A stretch of 40,131 nt of DNA. Origin: Nemertoderma westbladi (lineage: Eukaryota; Animalia; Xenacoelomorpha). Shown here piece by piece: positions 22,265-33,012 of the stretch. The stretch is taken from positions 1 through 40,131 of the forward strand of contig JAUCBJ010001974.1 in assembly GCA_032718475.1 (NCBI GenBank), read 5' to 3'. A program made the translations under genes and the position numbers. How positions within the stretch are numbered: the stretch's first letter is position 1; every line of letters begins with the position of its first letter. A model generated the notes under the pieces. That model searched no databases. It was not told the origin of the DNA and worked only from the letters and a program-made list of their open reading frames with translations.

Positions 22265-23530
22265 CTAAAATAAGGTAAGTCTATGTGGAGATTTGTAGTC
22301 TCCTGTCTCGTTTCTAGTCTCCTCAAGGAGTATGAGACGTTGTACAGGTCTGTCTACGGTACATCCGTCGATAGTCCTTACAGTAACTGTCCTTACTACA
22401 CCAGTGGTCAAAATGACTCCAGTCAGCCAAAACCGTCTTTTCAGATCGGCTTCAGCCAATAAAACATGGTCACCGCGTCTCAAACATCGGGTATTAAGAT
22501 ACCAAGAGGTTCTGGTCGAAATAGAGGGCAAATAATACTTCTGCCATATTTCCCAGAATTTACATGCAAGTAGCTGAGTGATTTTCCAAGCTTTGTTGCC
22601 GTATCCGTCGCTATTAACGGGTACCGAAATGGGCAACAATGTCGTCGGCGCCTGCATAAGCAGGTGCGCTGGTGTCAAGGCAAACTGTGCGTCGTTATTG
22701 TCTGGGATCAAAGCGATCGGTCTAGTGTTCAAAATCGCTTCGATTTCTATTAACAATGTCGTCAGTTGGTCGTCTGTCAAGATGTGTTGCGTCGGTATTA
22801 ATTTAGCCATAGCTGTCTTGATTGAGCCAATCAGCCTTTCCCAAACGCCGCCTCTCCACGGACTGTCTGGAGTGTTAAAGTTCCAAACAATATGGTGAGG
22901 ACGTAGTTCCTCGGAAATCTGGTTTTGGTCCAACTTTCTTAAAGCTCTGGTTATTTCATTCCGTGCACCCACAAAGTTTGTCCCTTGGTCACAGTAAATG
23001 GATTTGACCAATCCACGTCTAGCGATAAATGGCCGTAAGGCTAGGATAAAGGCATTGGTGGTCAAGTCTGTCACATGCTCAATATGGACAGCTCTGCTGG
23101 CCATGCAAGTGAAGATTAATCCCCAACGTTTTACTTGTACCCTTCCGCGTTTCTCGATTATAGGTCCAAAACAGTCTATCCCTGTCTCAGTGAGAGGGGG
23201 TCTAAATGCCTGTATTCTCGCTAGTGGTAGTTCAATCATTTCTTGGTGTCCTATCCACGCGTGCACCTTCTTACAAATCATACAGTTCCGTGTTACCGAA
23301 CTCAGTGCCTTGCTAGGCCTAATCAGTACGAATCTCGTGCGTAAGTGTGATAAACAGTGATGTCTACCTACGTGTTTGAGTCGTACATGTGCGTCCAGTA
23401 TCATAGCGCGCTGTAACTCATGGTGTTGCGGTATGATGATAGGATACCTAAAGTCAAGTGCAAAGTCGATGTTTTGGAGTCTGAACTTGTGACAAAGTAA
23501 GCCCCTATAAATAATCGGACTCCAACTCAA
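22265..23530 (-). pseudogene. pol: BEL/Pao integrase
   Basis: HVRLKH...CMIC, GIDCFGP, FTCMASRAVH, CDQGTNF, WRGGVWERLI, RPVQRLILLE. Confidence 0.95.
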
Positions 23531-24114
23531 AATCGGTGAAGACTTGATCTGTTTACCTTGGTTGATCGCTGTGAATTCTCATGCGAAATATCGCAATTGA
23601 GAATGGCGAATGATATCAACTTCACAATGACCAACTTCCTTTAAGGTAAGTCTTCTAGGAAAGTCGCGTTTGCCTCTGGCATATTGTCTCAAACGTTTGA
23701 GCCATGCTAACTTGCGGCATGATCTAGTTAGGTTTACTATCCTGTCAACGTAAGTGTTAGTGACGTCATCAGGTAAGGTATAGTCATAGTGTGGATACTT
23801 GTCTGGACTTGGTAGGCCCACGGGCCTTCTGGTAGGTTTGTCTGAGTCCCCAAGTATGTCAATCTCCACGGTCTTACCCTTACTGTCCGCACACCTAGTG
23901 AGTCGACTGGCAGTAACGGTTTAAACTCTACAGTGTTAGTGTGTTCCTGTGAGCCTGTAAGCTTCCTAACCTTAGTTACACGTTTACCTGTAGGTGGTAA
24001 GTCAAGTATTTTCTTTGAGCGGAGTGTGATCGCTGTGGCCACACCTTTGTCGTCCAATGAAGTCAAATTCGGTAAGTTTCTAATTGTCCGCTCCAATGGG
24101 TCTTCTACTGGAGT

Positions 24115-24580
24115 GTCTAGTAGACAGTCTGGTGAAGCGTCCAGTGAACAGTCTGGTGAGACGTCTGGTGAGACATAGCGCGGAACTTCCGGCGAAATGT
24201 CCTGTCATCGGTCCTAAAGAAAGTCTGGCGTAACTTCTGTCGGAAAGTCTGGTCTAAAGTCTGGTCTAAAGTCTGGTCTAAAGTCTGGTCTAAAGTCTGG
24301 TCTAAAGTGTGGTCTAAAGTCTGGTGGACAGTCTGTCGAGATGTCTGGTGGAAAGTCTGGTGAGACGTCCGGTAGACAATCTGTCGAGAGTTCCATAAAA
24401 CAATCTGGCGAACAATCCGGAGAACAATCTGGTGTCTCTTCTGGTGAATAGTCTGGCGAGTAATCTGGTGAACAATCCGGCGAAACGTCTGGTGAAATCT
24501 CCCGCGGAACATCCGGTGAAAGATTTGTACAAGCGTCTGGACGAGATTCTGGTGAGACGTCTGGCATAATGTCAGGTCTA
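24115..24580. repeat. 12-bp coding minisatellite (AAAGTCTGGTCT and variants; Pro-Asp-x-x) between RNase H and integrase
   Basis: Five perfect units at 24244-24303 within ~38 degenerate units. Confidence 0.92.
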
Positions 24581-25560
24581 GCATCCAGGTCATCAGATTT
24601 CGTCCATCCTTGTTTCCTCTTGACCTTGGCATTGGCTTTCGCTTTAGATTTGACAACCTTGTCGCTTTTTATCTCGGCACCCTCTGGTATGGTATTGGTT
24701 GTCGCGTCGAATAACGGTGGCCATTCGTCTGATGGTCGCTGTAGGAAATCGGGTCCTCTAAACCAAAATGATTTATTGTCTGGTTTACAAAAGTCAAGCG
24801 GTTGCATCCCCCGTGACGCGATGTCAGCTGGGTTCAGCTTCCCGTGACAGTGACGCCAATCTTGTTTGAGCGACCGGTCTAATATTTCAGCCCGTCTGTT
24901 GGCTACAAAAGTCTTGAACTCAAATGCTTCGTTGTTTATGTACCAAAGTACCAACGTCGCATCCGTCCAATATGTGACCTTCAAGTTAGCCTCCAGCTTG
25001 TGTTGAACTAGACTGACAATATCGGTGGATATCGTCCCGGCTTGCAGCTCTCCACGAGGTACAGTCATATACTTCAAAGGCATTGTTCTAGCCCTAGAAG
25101 TAACGAGAGACACATCGTAGCTGTCCGATGTCACTTGTCGTCTAAGGTATAAGGTAACCCCCAACCCACCCTTGCTAGCATCACTAAAGCTGTGAAGCTC
25201 TAAATCAGCAGGAAAGGTGGTCTGCAAATGAAAGTATACCCTTGGTATGGTATAGTCTTGTAGGAACGTCAGTAGGGCTTCCCAGTCCCTCCATTGCTCA
25301 GCTAACTTTTCTGGGATGGGATCGTCCCATTCCAGTCCGGCTTGCCAAATGCTGCGGAGTATGATCCTAGCATGTACGATCACTGGACTAATGAAACACA
25401 ATGGGTCATACAATCGACTCATGGTCGATAAGCAAGTCCTCTTAGTGAGAGGTCTAGTCTGGTCGTTGGACCTTACACGTACCCTAAAATTGTCGGTGTT
25501 AGGGTCCCAACTAAGTCCTAATACTTTGGTCGTAGGTAGAGGTTCTAGGTCTAAGTCCAA
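24214..25560 (-). pseudogene. pol: BEL/Pao RT thumb / RNase H region
   Basis: KVLGLSW, YDPL, FSDAS, VPRGEL, YWTDA, NPADIASRG. Confidence 0.93.
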
Positions 25561-26390
25561 GTCTCCTCCACTGCGATCAGTCGGGTCAAATGAGTCGGGT
25601 CTAGTTCGGGTTCGTTGGAAGTGAACTTCGTCAGGCGGAATCCGCCCTCAGTGAGACAATCCTGGAGTTGGTGTGCTACGGTTGTAGTGCGCTCCAAAGT
25701 GTCACAACTCTTGAGGCCGTCATCCACGTAGAAATCTCGTTCCACGGTCCGAACTACTTCTGGGTCAAATTGATCTCGTCTGTCCAATGCTGTCTGTTTT
25801 AAGGCGTACATGGTGCAGTTGGGGCTGTCCCTGGCTCCGAAAACTCTTACCTGCATTTGGTAAGTTTCTGGCGGAAGTTCTAAATTTCCGTCCGGATACC
25901 AAAGAAACCTTAAACTGTCCCTGTCCCGCTCCAAAGCCTTAACCTGGTGAAACATGGCCTCTACGTCACAGGTGAAAGCCACTTTGCGTTGTCTAAAACG
26001 CATTAGGACTCCCATGAGGTAATTATTCATATTCGGCCCATCCATCAATTCGCTGTTCATAGACATTCCTTGGTAAAGCGCAGCGCAGTCGTTGACTACA
26101 CGCACCTTGCCAGGTTTGTCCGGGTGTCGAACAAAATGATGTGGCAGGTAATATGTCTGATCTGTGGTTACCTCGGGATTTAACATCCTAATGGCGTATC
26201 CCTTTTGGAGATATGTCTAAAGTTGCGCATTGTATTGCATATGGGCCGTCTCATCTCGCAACAATCGCTGTCTTATTGATTTGAGTCGCCTCAAAGCAAG
26301 CGGGTAATTGTTAACGAGCTTAGGTTGTCCATTGCGCCACAACATGCCAACCTCGTAGTGGCCATTCGCGGTCTGGCGAATGGTATCCCT
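25551..26390 (-). pseudogene. pol: BEL/Pao reverse transcriptase
   Basis: HYEVGMLW, YYLPHH, KVRVVNDCAA, DVEAMFHQV, FGARDSP, DFYVDD; stop codon near 26218. Confidence 0.95.
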
Positions 26391-26522
26391 CATAATATTT
26401 AATATATAATAATAATATATAATATTTAATGTATAATATTTAATATTTAATAATATTTAATAATATTTAATAATATTTAATAATATTTAATAATATTTAA
26501 TAATATATACATAATATTTAAT
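26391..26522. repeat. AT microsatellite expansion (TAATATTTAA)n interrupting pol
   Basis: CATAATATTTAAT at 26391 and 26510; 119 extra bp; removal restores KWSLNIMRDTIRQ. Confidence 0.9.
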
Positions 26523-29500
26523 GACCATTTCATTAATGACCCAGGTTCTGCTGAGTCCTGTTCTAACCATTGAATGTTCCATTCAGTCAGCAGTCGGTCA
26601 AGCGCTGCTTGCACTGCGCCATGGTCCTTGTCCACGTCTTCGTCCGCTGCGGTGGCTAGTGAGGCCAATGTGTCTGGTAGGCTCGCAAGCCTTCTGGTGT
26701 CACTAGTCGGCGTCGAATCGTCGTACGGCGGTTTGACAACTTCTTTATCTGTCGGTAGGCTCGCAAGCCTTCCAAGATCAACGACCGGTGTCGAAGCCTG
26801 GTGGGTGGGGTCAATGACCTTCGGATTTTTCGGTAGGCTCGCAAGCCTTCCAAAATCCTCATTCATCGAGTCATCCACAGCAACAACCCTTTGGTCTTCG
26901 GTAGTCAATACAACCTGGTTTACAGCAAGTAGTTGTAAGTCAGAGGTCCGTGTGGTTGTGTCCAGATCAGTTACGTCAGTATCGGTTACGTCTGCGTTAG
27001 CGACGCAAGTCTGTCGTAGTGCAGTATGTACAATTGGACCACAGGAGTGTGAAGGATAATTATCTATCGTGTTAGTCAGTAAACTACACGTACTCAAAAC
27101 GTCGTCCTCCTGGTCACTTACCTCTAGTGAACGTACTGGTGCTCTAGTATACCAACCTATGGGAGTTCTACATGCGTAGGGGTTGCCCGCTGTAATAACA
27201 GATGGGCGTGTCTCCCATACCTGATGTAAGTTAAACTGGTCTGTCCCAATTAACATCGCGATTGAACGATAATTAACAGGACATTCCGGTATTCCAAGGT
27301 GTCGGAAATACTTGCGATCTTCCGGTGATTGCTCTGGCACAGGGCCGAGCAAGTTACTAAAGTCCTTCATAGCTGCAAAGGTTAAATTTCTTACTGGAAG
27401 TAATGAGCGCTCTTCCTTGCTGTGTTCCGCTTTGGAAAGAAGAGTGTCTAAGGTTAGTTTTACTCTCGTCACTGGGATCGCTCTCTTACCATGCATGCTG
27501 CTTACAGTAACTGAGCAGTCTTACCTTGACTCATGTCCGTAACCACGTCGGCTACTTGTTCGTCGACATAACTATGCAATGACGCAGAGTCTAAGATAGC
27601 GTATATACGCTTGCTCCCTCGGGTTCCGGTAATCTTTATAGGAATCACGCTAAACCCTTTCAATTGGTTCTGTGTGAGGAGTGTTACCGATGGCTGTTCC
27701 TCCCCCGCATGCACATAAAATGTGTCGTCTTCCTCCTCGTCCTCGTCCGATGATCCCGATTGGTTCATACAATCCGCATAGAAAGTACGAATCTCTCGCG
27801 GCGCACGCTCCTTGTAAAGTACGTCGCATCTAGCCGCTTTATCTGGATGCTCTCGTCGAAAGCGTTTGGTCGGAGTATGACTGGTTGTGTGAAGTAACGC
27901 GTCATGGTTACGTCCACATAGAGAACATGTATCGTCGCTTGGGCAATCCTTCCGGACGTGTCCTGGCTTCGTACATCTCCAACAAGAATCCAAAGATCAA
28001 ATTTGAAGTCTTCTTTCTTCGATTCCTAACTCCCTAAAAGCGCGACATCCACGTAGTTTATGTCCGCTATGGTTCCTGCCGTTCCGCTCGCAGTATGAGC
28101 ATCCCACAAAGTCCACTGGCAACTGTTGTTGTGGCTGAACTAGTTGTCAGAACTTTAGAAGTCTCAGTAGAGGTGGCATAGGTAACGGCTTTCGCGCTCG
28201 TCAGAAGTGGTTTAGTCCGAGTCGGCGCAGAAATAGCTATCCCTTCTGCCGCGATATGGTGATCAGTGTAGTTCGATCAAGTCTCTATGACGGCCTCCCG
28301 CGAAATCAGTTAGTAGACGTCGGTGAGTTTCAGTAGACCGCCGGCCTCTTCACGCTGGTACTCGATGCGTCGCCATTCTCGTCGAAGTCGATGATGAAGT
28401 CTACCGATTATTCGAATGAGAACTGTCGGTGCGTTAGCGTAGTCGAGTTGTCCAATGGACCGTAAAGTCCCTATAGCGTTCTTTATTTCGTCCGCGAGTC
28501 GTAGAAGGTTGATAGGTTTCGAAATGCTGCCTCCTCTGCAGAGGTCTTCGATAATGGATTTAGCCATGGCGACGTTGCCACCATAAATCGAATATAGACG
28601 GTCATATGCCAACTCAAAGGCATCTGGAACACCGATGAAGGTTTCCGCTAATCGTTTCGGCTCACCAGACAGGACTTGTAGGAAGTAATTAAACTTCTCC
28701 GTCGAGGTGAAAGCACACATAGCGATCTGGGACTCTACGTAGTCTACCAGTGTACGCCAGTGTTTTGCGTTGCCAGAGAACTTCGGCGGTTGTTGTGCCG
28801 GTAATCCGTGTCTAGCCGCGAATTTTGCAATCTCGCTAACTAAATCCAACTGTCCGCGTCCCTGTTCGGTTGCGTCGTCCAGTCGTTCCCTTCCACGCGT
28901 TGTTCGTCGGTAGGAAATATTAATGGGATCTTCTTTTCGATGGTTCGGAGTCTGTCTAGTCTCCTGTTCTCTCCTTGGTGGTCGATGTTGTCTAGGTTGT
29001 TCTAACTCCACGCTGGTTCGTGATCGATCCGACGGTTGCGCTTCGAGTCGCTCTTCTATCTGAGCTAGTCGGTCCGTTACAGGTCGTATTATTTCGGCGA
29101 GTCTGTTGGTGCTGATCGCTTCCACTGGTTGCAACGTGGGTTTCTGTTGGGGTGTTTCTCGTGGAGGATTGTCGATGTATGGATTCGTCGATCTCTCCTC
29201 CCGTTTGTAATCCGCTGCCGCTGCCACTCCAGTACGGAATACTTCCCGTTCCGTCGACTCCGAGTCACTGGATGAGTCGCTGTCATCCGGATAAGGTGGT
29301 TGGCGGTTTCGCGTCCGGCGTATTACTCTTTGTCTTATTTGTTGAGGTCTAGAATCTACGGTTCTCCGTCGTTCGGTAGGCTCGCAAGCCTTCCACGAAG
29401 TCGTAGGTCTCGTTAAACATTGTTCGATCCTGTGGGTACTGTCCACATCCGTCCTCCTCCGTTGTTCAGTAGGCTCGCAAGCCTTCCACGAAGTCGTAGG

Positions 29501-29587
29501 TCGCGTCGAACATTGTGTCAAAGGTCTAATAAAGCTGTCGTGTTTTGTAGTCGGTCTATAAATAACTGGGTTCGCACAGCACGTCAC
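26523..29587 (-). pseudogene. gag: Family B Gag, zinc knuckles, protease and linker (frameshifted)
   Basis: PPKFSGNAKHW...EKFNYFLQVLSGEP; CWRCTKPGHVRKDC, CSLCGRNHDALLH; AILDSAS; MLIGTD...TPIGW. Confidence 0.9.
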
Positions 29588-32500
29588 AGGTTTAACTTAT
29601 CTGTATAACACACTGGTGTTACCTTTCTCCTAGTAACGGGTTTTTCACTTACCTTACTTTCCGGTATCTTTTCTCTAGACTGTTTTAGGAGCTGTAATCT
29701 TACCTCTCCGTTTAAGAACGACATAAGATCAGCCATGGTAGGGTCTCTATGTTGTTGGTCCATCAGATAGAGAACCTTTTTGTCTCAGCGAGTACCTACT
29801 CCACTCTTTGGTAAAGTTGATGCTACGGCTCCTACAACCATAGAACTCTGGTATTCCTGAGACTTACCCAATCAGTCTAGCTGTCTACAGATCTCCTGAA
29901 TCTCATCGGAAAACTCTATAATCCCGCTGCTAAGAAACTTTCGGGCCGCTACTAATTTCGCATGCAGATATCTAGCTATGTTAGTCTTATTACCATACCT
30001 GATGTATAACGTATCCCAAACTTGTCTCAATCCATCTGGATGTGCAATAAACTTTAACGCCATTAACTTGGGAGGTCCTTCCAAGCACTCGATGAGGAAT
30101 CGTAGTTTCTCTCCACTGGATAGTACGGAGTTCTGTATGTTATCTTTGTAATATTCATTAAAAGGTAACCACTTCATCTCATCTCCATTGAACTTGACGA
30201 CCTCTCCCACCTTTACCGCTTGACGGGCTTCCGTTCTAGCCATCTGACGTGTAAAACTTTCATGAGCCATCATATTATTTAATATCGAATTATCGGTATA
30301 TAAATTTCTCAGATTATTATCAGATCAGTATGGGATATCATTATCAACAGGCTTATTAATACCCTTAATAGGGTTTACTATCGGAGTTTCTACTTCGCTA
30401 GCAGTATAGATGTATATAGGCTCCACACCTTGCGCATGAAATACTTCAGACCTAATGGGCTGACACATTGTTACAAAGGGTGGTGGTATACCCATTTGTA
30501 TATTTACTAATTTATCGTGCTCGAGAGCGATATTTTGCTGTACTTCTTGCAGCTCTAACCTACTCTCTCTCACTGTTCCCTTTAACAGCTGAACAGTCCC
30601 TTCCAATTCTCGGACTTGTTTGGAAGATTTTATCTTGTTGTCTTCGAGTTGTCCGAGCAACTGCTCCATCCCCCGTCGTCCCTTGTCCATCCACTTAACC
30701 ATGGAGGCGGGAGTATTTGCCAATGTCGTAGCTGGATGGCACATTGGGACGACGGGAGACATTGCGTTTATTATCTCTTGCTTGGCGTCCATGACTATCT
30801 GAGATTCTGGCAGTTGTCTACTGGGCACAGGTAGTTTGGTACTGTGTAAAGGGAATTTCGAGTTAGATTCTGGAAGTAAAGGGGGTTCTATCAAAGGAGT
30901 GGCTTCGCTAACAGGCCTAATTATTTCTGACTCATCTACTATAGTAGGGAGTCTTTCTACTCTTATAATTTGGGCTGTTGGCTCTCGAATACTTAAGTCT
31001 ACACTAGCTAGCTCCCTTCTCACAGCAGGGGGTAAGTTAGGTAACTTATGCCTATGAGGTGCTCTTCTATGTCCGTTTGAACGAGATTGATTACTTTTAC
31101 CTTCGGGATCAGTTGTATCACCTTTATCCGAGGAGGTAAATCCCTGTCTTCTGGGAGTAGATCGACTCAGTAGTTGCATCTGAGTAGCTGCCCTTTGTTT
31201 ATTTAAGTAATCTTGTTTCGCCTGAAGGTTCTCCAACTCTAGTTGGACTGTTGCTTCAGATGCCTTCCGTTCTGCTTCTACCACTGCCGCTGCTGCTGCT
31301 GCTTTTCTTTCAGCTTCAGCCGCTGCCCCGCCGCTGCCGCTTTTCTTTCAGCTTCTGCCGCTGCCGCCGCCGCTGCCGCTTTTCTATCAGCTTCTGCTGC
31401 TGCTGCTGCCGCTGCCTCTTTTCTTTCAGCTTCTGCTGCTGCCGCTGCCGCTGCCTCTTTCCTTTCAGCCTCTGCCACTACCGCTGCCGCTGCCACTGCT
31501 ACCTTTCGGTCTTCTATTTGTTTTTTCTTTATTTGTTCTTCTTTGTCCATTGCGATGAGAAAGCTTTCATCAAATTTAGTCTGCTTCGCGGCTAATATCT
31601 CCGCATCTAAAGAGTCCAAAATAAATTTGGCACCTTCACTATTGGGGTGAAGTCCAGCTAGCCGTCTCCTTAGCTCTTTGTCACCTATAAATCGTTGATA
31701 ATCCGACAGATAGATGTCAATAGCATCCTTCTTCTTAGGTTTTTCGGATACCGCCTTGCCTTCCACATGAGAAAAGGTTGCATCTGTTGATTCTCCGTGG
31801 GTTATGCGTTCAGTTTGCTGAACCCTCCATTGTGTTGTTCCCTGGACTTTAACATTCACTCGTTGGAACCAAGTCTTTACAGCCACTTGCAACAACGTGT
31901 CTTGACTTCTCTTCGAGGCCTCTTCAAAGGCTGAAAGGATTAACCTGATTCTCAAGATACGTTCTCTCACTTGGTAAAGCAGCTCTCCCTGCTCTTGAGG
32001 TCCCTGAGGTTGTTGAAATAATTGAATTTCTATTCTTTCCAAGGAGTTGAAGAATCCCTGGACATATCCTGCTGCTGACCTCTTCCATGCAGCGGGATCT
32101 CTGGTGTCCCTCACTACCCCCATTTGGTATAAGTCTTCCCAGGCAGCTTCCGATAAGTTAAACGGGAGTCCGGGTCCAGGGAAGTTCCATTGAGTCTCTA
32201 CAATAGACCTTAGTTCTTCCATCGGGTATCCTGCATAACTGTCCCTGGTCGATCTCTTATTTCCCATCCAATCCGCTTGATGTTCTTCTACAGCTGCAAG
32301 TACTCTAGTGAGTATGGCCCCAGGAAGAATTAGAAGTGGGTCTGGATAAACCGCTTCTTCCATCCTTGTTCCGATCTCGGGCATTAACTCTTTGGTGTCG
32401 GAACTAGAGTTACTATGCAGTTGAGAAATAAGTTCTCGGTTCGGGTACTGTTGTTGTTTTGCAGCCATCTCTTGGTCTCGCTTAACTTGAGCCCTAGTGC

Positions 32501-33012
32501 CTATAATAGACCTATGGTGCTATAGTAGCCTAGGGTCCGATACCACTACTGTAGGGATAACCTTTCTTACAGTAGGAGGGGACTTAGACTTCGATCTGGG
32601 ATGTTCCATACTTTGATCTGGGTCACAGATCGTTCTTTCTAAGAGACTAACTGACAGTGTTTGTTTTGTGTCAGACATAATTTATTTTACAGTTGAATGC
32701 CTACTACTATAATGACAGTTAAAGAAAGTCTAGGGGAAATCAGTATCAACTGTCAGTCTAGTAGTTACCGATATCGCTACTCAATGTAACGTGGTATATA
32801 TTTAATATTAGAATACCGGTATACACCTGTAGTATATATAACAGTATTATTACAGACTAGGATCAGTCACAGAATACCGGTATATAAGTTTAGCCTAATT
32901 TATATAATTATAATAAGACTTCTGCTCAATATTACACTTACCGGTAAATAAAACCAACAGAAATATGTAAGCACTAAAAGAAATAAGGGGTGTACAGGCC
33001 CTACTCTCTTAA

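Larger units (their letters stand above)
17140..29600 (-). mobile_element. BEL/Pao family B element (5'-truncated, degenerate) with a 3' accessory gene
   Basis: gag-PR-RT-RH-IN in order from 29587 to 22265, then co-oriented extra ORFs 21603-17805, linked by a shared 20-bp motif. Left boundary tentative; no LTR pair identified. Confidence 0.7.

Noticed and set aside
20848-23966. Further degenerate motif copies near 20850 and 23950
   Set aside because: Stems are incomplete and not distinguishable from chance; not counted.
26676-26851. CRISPR array (palindromic repeat with regular spacers)
   Set aside because: Only 3 units, spacers are related to each other, it lies in frame within a eukaryotic retrotransposon, and there are no cas genes.
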